Positions 44,416 to 54,898 of a stretch of 64,000 nt of DNA are shown in pieces; position 1 is the stretch's first letter; each line of letters opens with the position of its first letter. This DNA is from Vicinamibacterales bacterium. Its GTDB lineage: Bacteria > Acidobacteriota > Vicinamibacteria > Vicinamibacterales > UBA2999. Where the stretch lies: the NCBI GenBank assembly GCA_050250875.1, contig JBFWNV010000003.1:167153-231152 (forward strand), in the 5' to 3' direction. Both the position numbers and the translations under genes were made by a program. The notes below the pieces were generated by a model, which was not told the origin of the DNA, ran no database searches, and worked only from the letters and a program-made list of their open reading frames with translations.

Positions 44416-45851
44416 GACGCTTCAACCGGCTGCTCGTCGCCCTGCACGTGCTCACCGACGCCTCGATCGGCGTGGTCGCGTTCCTGCTCGCCTACCTGGT
44501 CCGCTTCGAGCTCGGCGTCTTCGACGTCACCAAGGGCCAGCCGCCGTTCGCGCAGTACGTCAACGTCCTGCCCTTCATCGCCGTGATCGTCCCGCTCGGC
44601 TTCCACCTGCAGGGCCTCTACCGCCTGCGCCGCGGCCGGTCGCGCATCGACGTCTTCTTCAACGTCCTGGTCGGCAGCATCTTCGCCGTGGTGATCGGCG
44701 TGGTCGGCACGCTGTATTTCCAGGCCTACTACGTCCCCGACGAGCTGAAGAGCCGCGGCACCTACGAGGTGTCGCAGCTGGTCTGGGGCATCTTCCTGGT
44801 CTGCACGATCGTCCTCGGCTACCTGGCCCGCAAGGTGGTGCGCGAGATCCTCGAGCGGCGGTGGATCTCGGGCCTCGGACTGCGCCGGGTGCTGATTGCC
44901 GGGGCCGGCGATCTCGGCCGGATGATCGCCGACCGCATGTTCGAGCACCGCGAGCTCGGCTACCAGGTGGTCGGCTTCGTCGACGACCGCGCCGGCGGCG
45001 ATCACCTCGGCTACCGCGGCCTGCCGCTGCTCGGCACGCTGGCCGAGGCGCCGGAGATCGCCGTCCGCGAACAGATCGATCACCTCTACGTCGCCCTGCC
45101 GATGGAAGAGCACGTCAAGATGCTCGACCTGGTCGAAGGCGCCAGCCGCGAGTGCGTCGACGTCAAGGTGGTGCCCGACCTGCTGCAGTTCATCGCCCTG
45201 CGCGCCCGCCTCGAGGACCTCGACGGCATCCCGGTCATCAACGTCAACGACGTGCCGCTGCAGGGCGTCAACGCCTTCGTCAAGCGCGCCCTCGACATCG
45301 CGATTTCGATCGTCGCGCTGGCGCTGATGGCGATTCCCGGCCTGCTCATCGCCTGGCTGATCAAGCGCAGTTCGCCGGGACCGGTGTTCTACCAGCAGAC
45401 CCGGATGGGGCTCGACGGCCGCGCCTTCTCGGTCTACAAGTTCCGCACCATGCCGCTCGACGCCGAGGACGACACCGGGCCGGTGTGGGCCAACGACGAC
45501 GACCCGCGCGCCACCCGGGTCGGGCGCTGGCTGCGCCGCTTCGATCTCGACGAAACGCCGCAGTTCGTCAACGTCCTCAAGGGCGAGATGTCGATTGTCG
45601 GCCCGCGGCCCGAGCGGCCCTACTTCGTCGAGCAGTTCAAGCACCGCATCCCACAGTACATGCTGCGCCACAAGGTGAAGGCCGGCATCACCGGCTGGGC
45701 GCAGGTCAACGGCTGGCGCGGCAACACCTCGCTCGAAAAGCGGATCGAGTACGACCTGTATTACATCGAGAACTGGTCGGTGTCCCTCGACCTGAAGATC
45801 ATCTGGCTCACCGTCGTGCGCGGCCTGTTCTCCCACCGCCCCGCCTACTGA
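44409..45851 (+). CDS. Polyprenyl-phosphate hexose-1-phosphate transferase (WbaP/PglC-type initiating sugar transferase)
   Basis: ATG at 44409. N-terminal TMs. [27 protein letters not shown] and [21 protein letters not shown]. Confidence 0.85.
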   Translation: MVRRFNRLLVALHVLTDASIGVVAFLLAYLVRFELGVFDVTKGQPPFAQYVNVLPFIAVIVPLGFHLQGLYRLRRGRSRIDVFFNVLVGSIFAVVIGVVGTLYFQAYYVPDELKSRGTYEVSQLVWGIFLVCTIVLGYLARKVVREILERRWISGLGLRRVLIAGAGDLGRMIADRMFEHRELGYQVVGFVDDRAGGDHLGYRGLPLLGTLAEAPEIAVREQIDHLYVALPMEEHVKMLDLVEGASRECVDVKVVPDLLQFIALRARLEDLDGIPVINVNDVPLQGVNAFVKRALDIAISIVALALMAIPGLLIAWLIKRSSPGPVFYQQTRMGLDGRAFSVYKFRTMPLDAEDDTGPVWANDDDPRATRVGRWLRRFDLDETPQFVNVLKGEMSIVGPRPERPYFVEQFKHRIPQYMLRHKVKAGITGWAQVNGWRGNTSLEKRIEYDLYYIENWSVSLDLKIIWLTVVRGLFSHRPAY

Positions 45852-45876
45852 CCGCTTCGCTCCATTCCCGCATCCA

Positions 45877-46812
<936 letters not shown>

Positions 46813-46887
46813 GCGGCGTCGGCCGAATCGTCCAGCGCCGGGTGGGCACGGCAGCCGCACCCGCCCGCCGCACCGATGCAGCCGCGG

Positions 46888-47274
46888 TCAGACGACCGTG
46901 GCACCTCGCGCCGCCAGCAGTGCGCGCAGCACCGAACGGTGGCAGTGCGCCTCGTCTTCACAGTAGCAGCCGACCGAGAAGTCGCTGGTCCTCGACAGCG
47001 CCGCCAGCACGTCGAGCGTCTGGCTCGCGGCCGGCTCGGCCATCTCGGCGCGATACTTCCGCGTGAACACCGCCCACTGCGCCGGCGTCTCGGCCGCCTG
47101 TCCGAGCTTCATCGTCTCGACGCTGGGCGCCAGCACCGGATACCAGACGTCGTACCAGTTGCCGGACGAAAACTGCGTCTTCGGCACGCCGCGCGGCGGC
47201 CGCCGCACGGTGCCGATGCGCGGCCCCTCCTTCGGGTGACGCGGACCACCAAGACGAACGATTCGGACAGCCAT
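46888..47274 (-). CDS. DUF488-family protein
   Basis: Start at MAVRIVRL (cat 47272-47274). Small basic protein with W-D-W...APS and CYCE blocks, as I recall for DUF488. Confidence 0.5.
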   Translation of the reverse strand: MAVRIVRLGGPRHPKEGPRIGTVRRPPRGVPKTQFSSGNWYDVWYPVLAPSVETMKLGQAAETPAQWAVFTRKYRAEMAEPAASQTLDVLAALSRTSDFSVGCYCEDEAHCHRSVLRALLAARGATVV

Positions 47275-47458
47275 CGACCCCCCTGACACTCGGCCTCGCG
47301 GAACCGCGTCGAGGGTGGAACGGGCACCCGGCGGGTCCTGTCACGGGGCAGCCCAGTCGCTCAAGCTCGGCAAGCCGTCCGCCCGGTACCCTCGCCTTCG
47401 CGACCGGGCGCCCGCCCCGTGCCACCCGCCAGCCCGCTCGACCCTCGACGCCAGCAAC

Positions 47459-48103
47459 CTACGCCGCCGGGTGCGCCCTGAGCCAGGCGATCACGTCCTC
47501 CGCATGGCGGTCCGGCGGGAACACCGGGTAGAAGACGTGGGTGATGCGGCCGGCCTCGGCGACGATCGTCAGCCGCTTGATGAGGCGCATGCCTTCGACC
47601 GTGAACGTCGGCAGCCGCAGCGCGTCCACCAGTGCGAACCTGGCGTCGCTCAACACCTCGAACGGCACCTTCAGCCGCTCGACCATCTCCTGCTGGTACT
47701 CGGTGGTCTGCGTGCTGACGCCGAGCACCTCGGTCTGGAGCGTTGCCAGATCGGCGTGGTGATCGCGGAAGCCGCAGGTCTCCAGCGTGCAGCCGCGCGC
47801 GCCGGGGATCTGGTCCCAGCCAGCGGGGAGCGTCACGCCGGGCCGTCCGGTCATCGGGTAGGCGTAGACGACGAGCCGTCGGGCCGTGACGGTCGAGAGA
47901 TTCACGGGCCGGTGGCGCGTCGATGGCAGCGCCAGGTCCGGCAGCCGCATGCCGACCAGATGGCGGCAGCCGCCGTCGTCCTGCGGCACCGGCAGGTTCG
48001 GCGGCAGCTGGTCGAGCGGGGCCTGGTGGGCGCCGGCGCGGCCGCCGGTCACTGCCGCCGCGGCCGACCAGGCCAGCAGCTCCCGCCGCGTCCAGGCCGC
48101 CAT
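47459..48103 (-). CDS. Bcp-type peroxiredoxin with a Tat-like signal peptide
   Basis: N-terminus TRRELLAWSAAAAV (twin-Arg). Active site PGARGCTLETCGFRD (CxxxxC, as in Bcp). Confidence 0.7.
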   Translation of the reverse strand: MAAWTRRELLAWSAAAAVTGGRAGAHQAPLDQLPPNLPVPQDDGGCRHLVGMRLPDLALPSTRHRPVNLSTVTARRLVVYAYPMTGRPGVTLPAGWDQIPGARGCTLETCGFRDHHADLATLQTEVLGVSTQTTEYQQEMVERLKVPFEVLSDARFALVDALRLPTFTVEGMRLIKRLTIVAEAGRITHVFYPVFPPDRHAEDVIAWLRAHPAA

Positions 48104-48107
48104 GACG

Positions 48108-50084
48108 CTACTGCGCGCGCGGCGGCAGGGCCAGCGCGACGAGTTCCGCCGCCGAGCCCTGCCCCGACACGGCGACGACGATGTACTGCCGGCCCTCGTG
48201 CAGGTAGGTCATCGGCGAGCCGGTCTGCGGCCCGGGAATCGGCACCGCGCCCAGCTCCTTGCCGGTCTGCTTGTCGTAGGCGCGGAACATGCCGCTGCGC
48301 TGGCCGTTCGGGTGCGTGGCCATGCCGCCGTCGCCGGCCATCACCAGCGTCCTGGTGGTCAGCACGCCGACGCGGCCGGTGCGGCCGGTGCGCGGGATGG
48401 TCACGCCCTTCAGCGCCGGGTGGTTCTTCACCGCGTCGTCGGTCTCGCCGTGCACGGTCTGCCACAGGATCTCGCCCTTGTTGAGGTCGATGGCCGAGAT
48501 CCGGCCCCACGGCGGTCGGATGATCGGCAGGTTGTCGATCGCCAGCCGCTGCCCGCCTTCGCTGCCGCCGCCGTTGATGTAGTCCATGTTGGAGCGCTTC
48601 GGGTCCTTCACCATCGACACCAGCGCCGGTTCGTCCTTCGAGTAGATGTAGACGACCTTGGTCTCCGGGTCGAACGAGCCGCCCTGCCAGTTCGGACCGC
48701 CCGTCGAGCCCGGGAGCTGCAAGGTCCCCTGCGTGCCGCCCGGGATCCGCGCCGACGGCGGCTCCCAGATCGAGCCGATGCGGTAGTTCTTCACGAACTC
48801 CCGGGCCTTGGCGTTGAGCTCGGGCGTGAAGTCGAGCAGATCCTCGATCGTGATGCCCTGGCGGCCGAACGCCGGCGGCTTGCTCGGAATCGGCTGGGTC
48901 GGGGCGTACCATTCGCCCGGCAGATCGCCCTTCGGCACCGGCGTCTCGACGATGGGCCAGACCGGCGTGCCGTTGGTGCGGTCGAAGACGTAGAGCCAGT
49001 TCTGCTTGGTCGGTACCGCCACGGCCTTGATCGCCTTGCCGTCGACGGTGATGTCGGCGAGGATCGGCGCGCTCGGCATGTCCCAGTCCCAGATGTCGTG
49101 ATGGGTGGTCTGGAAATGCCAGCGCATGCGGCCGGTCCTGATGTCGAGGGCGACCAGCGAGCTCGAGAAGAGGTTGTCGCCGTGGCGGTGGCCGCCGTAC
49201 CAGTCGCCGGTCGGGGCCTCGACCGGCACGTACACGAGGCCGAGCTGCTCGTCGGCCGACATCTGTGCCCACGAACCGGTGTTGCCGGTGTAGGTCCACG
49301 ACTCGTTGAGCCACGTCTCGTTGCCGGGCTGGCCGTGGCCGGGGATCGGCGTGAAGCCCCACAGCTTCTTCCCGGTGCGGGCGTCGATGCCCATGATGAC
49401 GCCTTTGATGTGTTCCTTGGTCGGCGGCGCGCCGCCGGGCAGGTGCGCCGAGCCGACGATGACCACGCCGCTCGCGACGATCGGCGCCGAGTGCAGGCCG
49501 ATCTCGGCCTTGTCGAGATCGGGAACGTCGTAGCCGAGGTGCTTGCGCATGTCGAGCACGCCCTTGACGCCGAACGCCGGGTCGAGCTCGCCGGTGACGG
49601 CGTCGATCGACAGCAGCTGGTAGCCGGGCGAGACCATGAACACGCGTTTGGTGGCGCCGCTCTCCCAGTAGGCGACGCCGCGGCCGGACAGACCGCGCGG
49701 ATAGGTGCGCGGCCGCTCGTCGAAGCGCTTCGCCCACAGCAGCTCGCCGGTGGCTGGATCGATGCTGACCGGCGTGCGCCGGTTGCCCACGGCGGCGTAG
49801 AGCCGGCCATCGGCATAGAGCGGCGTGTTCTGCAGCTGGATCTCCGGCCGCGGCCCGAAGTTGTCGGTGCGGAACCGCCAGGCGATGCGGAGGGTGGCGA
49901 AGTTGTCGGCGGTAATCTGGTCGAGCGCCGAGTAGCGCGTGCTGGCGAGGTCGCCGCCGTAGGTGCGCCACTGACCCGCCGCCGGCGCGCCCGACGGGGC
50001 CTGCCGGGCCGTGACCACGGCGAGCGAACCCATGAGCAGGGCCAGGGCCATCCCATTCCGAACGCTCATCAGTCTGCGTGCCAT
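48108..50084 (-). CDS. PQQ-dependent dehydrogenase-like beta-propeller, secreted
   Basis: Start at MARRLMSV (cat 50082-50084) with GGAGG 7 nt upstream, followed by a signal peptide. Recurrent D-x-x-TG-x-x-x-W blades (SIDPATGELLWA, GIDARTGKKLWGF, ALDIRTGRMRWHF, AIDLNKGEILWQ). Confidence 0.65.
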   Translation of the reverse strand: MARRLMSVRNGMALALLMGSLAVVTARQAPSGAPAAGQWRTYGGDLASTRYSALDQITADNFATLRIAWRFRTDNFGPRPEIQLQNTPLYADGRLYAAVGNRRTPVSIDPATGELLWAKRFDERPRTYPRGLSGRGVAYWESGATKRVFMVSPGYQLLSIDAVTGELDPAFGVKGVLDMRKHLGYDVPDLDKAEIGLHSAPIVASGVVIVGSAHLPGGAPPTKEHIKGVIMGIDARTGKKLWGFTPIPGHGQPGNETWLNESWTYTGNTGSWAQMSADEQLGLVYVPVEAPTGDWYGGHRHGDNLFSSSLVALDIRTGRMRWHFQTTHHDIWDWDMPSAPILADITVDGKAIKAVAVPTKQNWLYVFDRTNGTPVWPIVETPVPKGDLPGEWYAPTQPIPSKPPAFGRQGITIEDLLDFTPELNAKAREFVKNYRIGSIWEPPSARIPGGTQGTLQLPGSTGGPNWQGGSFDPETKVVYIYSKDEPALVSMVKDPKRSNMDYINGGGSEGGQRLAIDNLPIIRPPWGRISAIDLNKGEILWQTVHGETDDAVKNHPALKGVTIPRTGRTGRVGVLTTRTLVMAGDGGMATHPNGQRSGMFRAYDKQTGKELGAVPIPGPQTGSPMTYLHEGRQYIVVAVSGQGSAAELVALALPPRAQ

Positions 50085-50170
50085 CCTCGGGCCTCCGATG
50101 CGCCGCCGATTGTAGTGGCCCAAAGCGCGATTCGCGACAGTAATCGCGGCCGGCGCCGGGGACCCGCCGG

Positions 50171-50725
50171 TCACGTCCCGGGTCGCGTCATGCGCCGCAC
50201 GTAGTCGAGCGACGACACCAGCGTGATGGCCAGCGACGCCCACACGAACCAGTCGACGACGGCCGACGTGCGGCCCAGGTAATTGAAGAACAGCACCACC
50301 ACGCAGGTCAGGATGAACAGCGCCGTCGCCGCCTTGCCGAGCGGCGACGGACGAAACGTCCGCGGCCCGGTGGCGAGGTTGACGATCGCCACGGTGAGGA
50401 CGATGGCGACGTCGCGGCTGATCACGAGGATCGTGAGCCACAGCGGCAGCCGGTTGGGCAGCCCGAGGTTGGGCAGCGTGAGCACGACGAAGGTCGTCAC
50501 CAGCAGCAGCTTGTCGGCGGCCGGATCGAGCCACGCCCCGAGCGAGGTCCGCTGGTTGGCGCGCCGGGCGATCAGCCCGTCGAGGGCGTCGGTGAGCCCG
50601 GCCACGGCGAACAGGGTGAGCGCCCAGCCGAACGCGCCGTAGACCACGCAGAGGACGAACGCGGGAATGAGCAGCAGCCGGAGCAGCGTGAGCTGGTTGG
50701 CGAGGGTCAGGACCGGCTCGGTCAC
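50171..50725 (-). CDS. pgsA: CDP-alcohol phosphatidyltransferase (PgsA-like)
   Basis: GTG at 50725 (GTGA overlap with the upstream stop). DGLIARRANQRTSLGAWLDPAADK = DGx2ARx8Gx3Dx3D. Confidence 0.8.
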   Translation of the reverse strand: MTEPVLTLANQLTLLRLLLIPAFVLCVVYGAFGWALTLFAVAGLTDALDGLIARRANQRTSLGAWLDPAADKLLLVTTFVVLTLPNLGLPNRLPLWLTILVISRDVAIVLTVAIVNLATGPRTFRPSPLGKAATALFILTCVVVLFFNYLGRTSAVVDWFVWASLAITLVSSLDYVRRMTRPGT

Positions 50726-52062
50726 GGTCCGATCCCCAGGGCTTCGAGACGCGAGACGATCGCGGTCAGCTCTTCGCCGGTGACCGGCTGCAGGAGCCGG
50801 AACGCCCCGCCGTCGAGGCGCATCACGCCCGACGCCACCGCCCGCCGCACCGCGGGATAGGCCAGATGCGCCGCCGGCACGTCGGTGATCTCGACCGGCG
50901 ACAGATCCCACCGGGCCGTCGCCGCGCCGCCGCCCGGGCCGAGCGCGAGCACCCGGCTCACCACCTCGGCGACGTCGGCGCGCCGCAGCTGCGTCGCCGG
51001 CTGGAAGGTGTAGTTGGAGAACACCTCCATGGCGCCGGCCCGCGCCGTCGCCTCGATCCACGGCTGCGCCCAGTGGCCACGCACGTCGGTGACCACCAGC
51101 TGGCGCTGCGGGGCCGCCGCCAGCCGCGCGCCGAGCCGCACCGCCAGCAGCGCGGCCAGGTCGGCCCGCGTCGCCGCCGGCGCGGACGCGATGGCGTGAT
51201 ACTGCGCCGGCAGCGCCGCGATGCGGGCCCGCTCGCGCATCCGGGCGATCGCCGCCGCGGTCGAGGGCGTCGGATCGAGCGCCGCCGCCCGCTCGTAGGC
51301 GGCGAGCGCGCCGACGTGATCGTCGCGGCCTTCGCGCACCTCGCCGACGACGAGGTGCGCGCGGACGTCGTCGGCATCGAGCGCCAGCGCGCGCTCGGCC
51401 TCGGCGAGCGCGGCGTCGGGCCGGCCGGCCCGCAGCTCGGCGCGGGCGAGGTCGCGATAGAGGAACGCCGATTCGGGCGAGGCGGCGATGGCCGCGCGAT
51501 ACGCGGCGCGGGCGTCGTCCCACCGCCCGGCGGCAGCCGCCCGCTCGGCGCGGGCCACGCGGTCCTGCAGCTGCCGGACCCGCAGCGCTTCGATGCGCGG
51601 CGCCAGGTCGGCCAGCGACGGATCGGCGGCGAGCGCCGCCTCGAACCCGGCCAGCGCCTCGTCGTCCCGGCCGGCGGCGAGCAGCGCGAGGCCGCGGCCC
51701 ACCAGCGCCGGCGCGTAGGCCGGCTGCGCCGCCACCGCCCGATCGAACGCGCCGACCGCCTCGTCGGCGCGGCGTCGCGCCAGCTCGACGTAGCCTTGTC
51801 CGGCCAGCGCCGGCGCGAACGCCCGCCGGGTGCGCAGCACGGCGGCGAACTCCCGCTCCGCGGCCGCGACGTCGTCGGACTGCAGCAGCCGCCAGCCGCG
51901 GTCGAGCAGCTGCAGCGTCGCCGGCGGCGTGTCGGGCGGCGCAGCTGGAAAGACGAAATCCGGATGCGCCGGCACGGCGGGCATCGGCACCACCGGCGGC
52001 GGCGGCGCACAGCCCGCGGCCAGGATCACGGCGAACGCGGCAATCGCCCTACGCACTCGCAC
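50722..52062 (-). CDS. Lipoprotein with TPR repeats and two C-terminal SLH-like repeats
   Basis: Lipobox ILAAGC. Repeated A-x-x-Y-x-x-A-hydrophobic TPR-like units. TDVRGHWAQPWIEATARAGAM...F.P and TDVPAAHLAYPAVRRAVASGVM resemble SLH motifs. Confidence 0.55.
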   Translation of the reverse strand: MRVRRAIAAFAVILAAGCAPPPPVVPMPAVPAHPDFVFPAAPPDTPPATLQLLDRGWRLLQSDDVAAAEREFAAVLRTRRAFAPALAGQGYVELARRRADEAVGAFDRAVAAQPAYAPALVGRGLALLAAGRDDEALAGFEAALAADPSLADLAPRIEALRVRQLQDRVARAERAAAAGRWDDARAAYRAAIAASPESAFLYRDLARAELRAGRPDAALAEAERALALDADDVRAHLVVGEVREGRDDHVGALAAYERAAALDPTPSTAAAIARMRERARIAALPAQYHAIASAPAATRADLAALLAVRLGARLAAAPQRQLVVTDVRGHWAQPWIEATARAGAMEVFSNYTFQPATQLRRADVAEVVSRVLALGPGGGAATARWDLSPVEITDVPAAHLAYPAVRRAVASGVMRLDGGAFRLLQPVTGEELTAIVSRLEALGIGP

Positions 52063-53341
52063 TGGCCTTGCCCGCGGGCGTCCGGAGGGCGGGCCCGACC
52101 AGCCGCCGCGGCAGGTCGACCTCGAGCCGCATCCGCGTCCCGGTGGACACCTGCGACACCACGCGCCCGTGCCGGAACAGATACCGCAGCCGCTCGGCGT
52201 CGCCGGGGTCGTCGGGATCGAGATCCACGGTGACGCGCTGCCGGTCGAGCGCCACCGCAGCCGCCACCGCCTCGAGCAGCGCGGCGACGCCAGCGCCGGT
52301 CCGCGCCGAGATGCACAGGCGCCCGGGCTGGGCCCGCTCCAGCGCCGCCCGCTCGTCGTCGGGCAGCAGGTCGATCTTGTTGTAGACCTCGAGCCGCGGC
52401 ACCTCCAGCGCGCCGACGCTCTCCAGCACCCGCATCACCGCGGCGATCATCCGCTCGCGCTCCGGGTGCGAGGCGTCGATGACGTGCAGCAGCAGATCGG
52501 CGTCGGCCGCCTCCTCGAGCGTGGCGCGGAAGGCGGCGACCAGCGCGTGCGGCAGGCGGTCGATGAAGCCGACGGTGTCGGAAATCAGCAGCTCGCGGGC
52601 GTCGGCGAGGCGGACGCGTCGCACCAGCGGATCGAGGGTGACGAAGAGCGCGTCCGAGGCCTGGGCCTCGGCGCGGGTCAGCCGGTTGAACAGCGTCGTC
52701 TTGCCGGCGTTGGTGTAGCCGACCAGCGCCACCGTCGGCACCCGGCTCTTGTCGCGGCGCTCGCGCAGCTGGCCGCGGCGCTGCCGCACCTGCTCGATCT
52801 CGTCCTTCAGCGCCTTGATGCGGGTGCGGATGCGCCGCCGGTCCATCTCCAGCTTGGTCTCACCGGGGCCGCGGGTGCCGATGCCGCCGCCGAGCCGCGA
52901 CAGCGCCGTGCCGGCGCCGACCAGCCGCGGCAGCAGATACTGGAGCTGCGCCAGCTCCACCTGCAGCTTGCCCTCGCGCGTGCGGGCGCGGCGGGCGAAG
53001 ATGTCGAGGATGAGCTGCGTGCGGTCGATCACCTTGCATGCCACCACCTCCTGCAGCTCGCGGAGCTGGGCCGGGGTCAGCTCGTTGTCGACGATGACGA
53101 CGTCGACGCGCGCTTCGGCACACGCCAGGGCCAGCGCCTTGGCCTTGCCGCGGCCGATGAAGGTGGCGGCGTCGGGCGTCGGACGTTCCTGCAGCGCCCG
53201 CACCACCGTGGTGGCGCCGGCGGCGTCGGCCAGGCCGTCGAGTTCGTCGAGCGAGTGCTCGGCGTCGGCGCGGCGCATGCTGCCCGTCACCAGCCCGACG
53301 AGAGCCGCGCGCTCGAGCGCGGCGAGCCGTCGTTCGCGCAT
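52049..53341 (-). CDS. hflX: GTPase HflX
   Basis: Start at MRERRLAALE (cat 53339-53341). HflX N-domain and G1 motif GYTNAGKTTLFN. Confidence 0.85.
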   Translation of the reverse strand: MRERRLAALERAALVGLVTGSMRRADAEHSLDELDGLADAAGATTVVRALQERPTPDAATFIGRGKAKALALACAEARVDVVIVDNELTPAQLRELQEVVACKVIDRTQLILDIFARRARTREGKLQVELAQLQYLLPRLVGAGTALSRLGGGIGTRGPGETKLEMDRRRIRTRIKALKDEIEQVRQRRGQLRERRDKSRVPTVALVGYTNAGKTTLFNRLTRAEAQASDALFVTLDPLVRRVRLADARELLISDTVGFIDRLPHALVAAFRATLEEAADADLLLHVIDASHPERERMIAAVMRVLESVGALEVPRLEVYNKIDLLPDDERAALERAQPGRLCISARTGAGVAALLEAVAAAVALDRQRVTVDLDPDDPGDAERLRYLFRHGRVVSQVSTGTRMRLEVDLPRRLVGPALRTPAGKASASA

Positions 53342-53417
53342 GATCGAGGAGATCCCGCCCGTATAATCGCACACTTGGCGGCGCGCCCGGCGCCGCCGCG
53401 AGGGAGGGAACGCCGCG

Positions 53418-53522
53418 GTGCCGCTCGAGATCACGACGTTCGCGCCGGCCTCGCTCGCGAGGCCGCGCGACCTTCACGACACCCGGCGTCGCGTGGCCAA
53501 CGCGGCGGCGGCGGACGCGTGA
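53418..53522 (+). CDS. Candidate 34-aa small ORF (MPLEITTFAPASLARPRDLHDTRRRVANAAAADA)
   Basis: TATAAT at 53362-53367, AGGGAGGG at 53401-53408, GTG at 53418, TGA at 53520. GC3-rich codons. I recognise no homology. Confidence 0.15.
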   Translation: MPLEITTFAPASLARPRDLHDTRRRVANAAAADA

Positions 53523-53630
53523 TGGCGCGGCCGCGTCCCGCCGCGTCCGGACGACGCCGGCCGCCCCTGCCGCGGGCGCCCCTGCCCCGCCAGACCGGCG
53601 GCCGTCACGAAGACAAGACCCGGCGGCCGA

Positions 53631-54881
53631 TCAGGAAGCAGAAGCATCGGCGCCGCCCGTCGGAGGACGAATAGGCGCCGACGTCCGCATCCGCCACCAG
53701 ACGATCGCCGCCACGCCCAGCATCAGCACGATGTCGGCCTCGAACACCACGCGCAGCTCCGGCCCGCTGATGAAGCCGGCGACGATCGGGCTGGCGGCGA
53801 GGCCGATGAGCGACGCGGTCATCATCAGACCGAAGCCGGTGGCGTGCGCGTCGCGCGGCAGCAGCGCCCCGCCGGAAGTGTACGCTGCGGTCATGCCGAC
53901 GCCGATGGCGGCGCCGGCGGCGGCCAGCGCCACCGCGAAGGCCGGCACCGACGGCGTCCACACGATCAGCATCAGGCCGGCGGCGGTGACCAGCGCGGCG
54001 CCGGTGATCAGCGCCGGCGGGCTCCACCGCTGCAGCAGCGGCGCGGCGATGCGGTGGCCGAGCGCCGCGGCCAGCGCGCTCACCGAGAACAGCACGCCGG
54101 CCACCAGCGGCACCTGCGCCGGCGGCACCAGCCGCTCGACGTAGAGCGGCAGGATCGGCCCGAAGCTGCGATCGACCAGCTGCAGGCCGAGGATGACGAC
54201 GAACACCAGCCAGAAGCCCGGCGTGGCCGCCAGTTCGCGAAAGACCTCGCGCAGGCCGCGGGCCGCCGCTCGCGCCTGGCGCGTGCGTGGCTCGCGGTAG
54301 ACGACGGCGATGGTGGCGGCGGCGACGAGATAGAACAGCGCCGCGACCAGGAACGTGGCGCGCAGCCCGACGAGCGGGGCCAGCACGCCGCCCACCACCG
54401 GCCCGACGGCCGGACCGAGCCGCTGGGCCACCTGCACAGTGCCGATCGCCGACGCCATCCGTTCGCGCGGCGCCGACTCGGCGGCCATCGACACGGTGAG
54501 CGCGCCGTAGCCGGCGAAGATACCAAGCAGCGCCCGCAGCGCGAAGAGCTGCCAGGCGGCGGTGACGAAGGCCATCGCCGCCTTGGTGACGACGAAGGCG
54601 CCGAGCGAGCGGATGACCAGCACCTTGCTGCCGTAGCGGTCGCCGACGCGTCCCCACAGCGGCGCGCTGACGGCGGTGATGGCCGGTGTCGCGCCGAGCG
54701 TGAGTCCGGTCCACAGCGCGATGTCGGCGACATCGGTCACGCCGAGCTCGCGGATGTAGAGCGGCAGGAACGGCATCACCAGCGTGAAACCCGCGAAGCC
54801 GATGCCGTTGGCCGCGGCGGCGGCCAGGACGTTGCGCCGCGGCGAGAAGGCGGCGCTCGAAGCGGACGCGTCGTCGCTCAC
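53631..54881 (-). CDS. MFS transporter
   Basis: GTG at 54881 with GGAGG upstream. 12-TM-like hydrophobic pattern. GRVGDRYGSK (MFS loop 2-3 motif). Confidence 0.75.
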   Translation of the reverse strand: MSDDASASSAAFSPRRNVLAAAAANGIGFAGFTLVMPFLPLYIRELGVTDVADIALWTGLTLGATPAITAVSAPLWGRVGDRYGSKVLVIRSLGAFVVTKAAMAFVTAAWQLFALRALLGIFAGYGALTVSMAAESAPRERMASAIGTVQVAQRLGPAVGPVVGGVLAPLVGLRATFLVAALFYLVAAATIAVVYREPRTRQARAAARGLREVFRELAATPGFWLVFVVILGLQLVDRSFGPILPLYVERLVPPAQVPLVAGVLFSVSALAAALGHRIAAPLLQRWSPPALITGAALVTAAGLMLIVWTPSVPAFAVALAAAGAAIGVGMTAAYTSGGALLPRDAHATGFGLMMTASLIGLAASPIVAGFISGPELRVVFEADIVLMLGVAAIVWWRMRTSAPIRPPTGGADASAS

Positions 54882-54898
54882 GCCGGCCCGCGCCCTCC

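Noticed and set aside
53362-53367. TATAAT as the hflX promoter
   Set aside because: hflX is on the minus strand, where the reverse complement reads ATTATA, a poor -10. The hexamer is correctly oriented only for a + strand transcript (see the small-ORF candidate).
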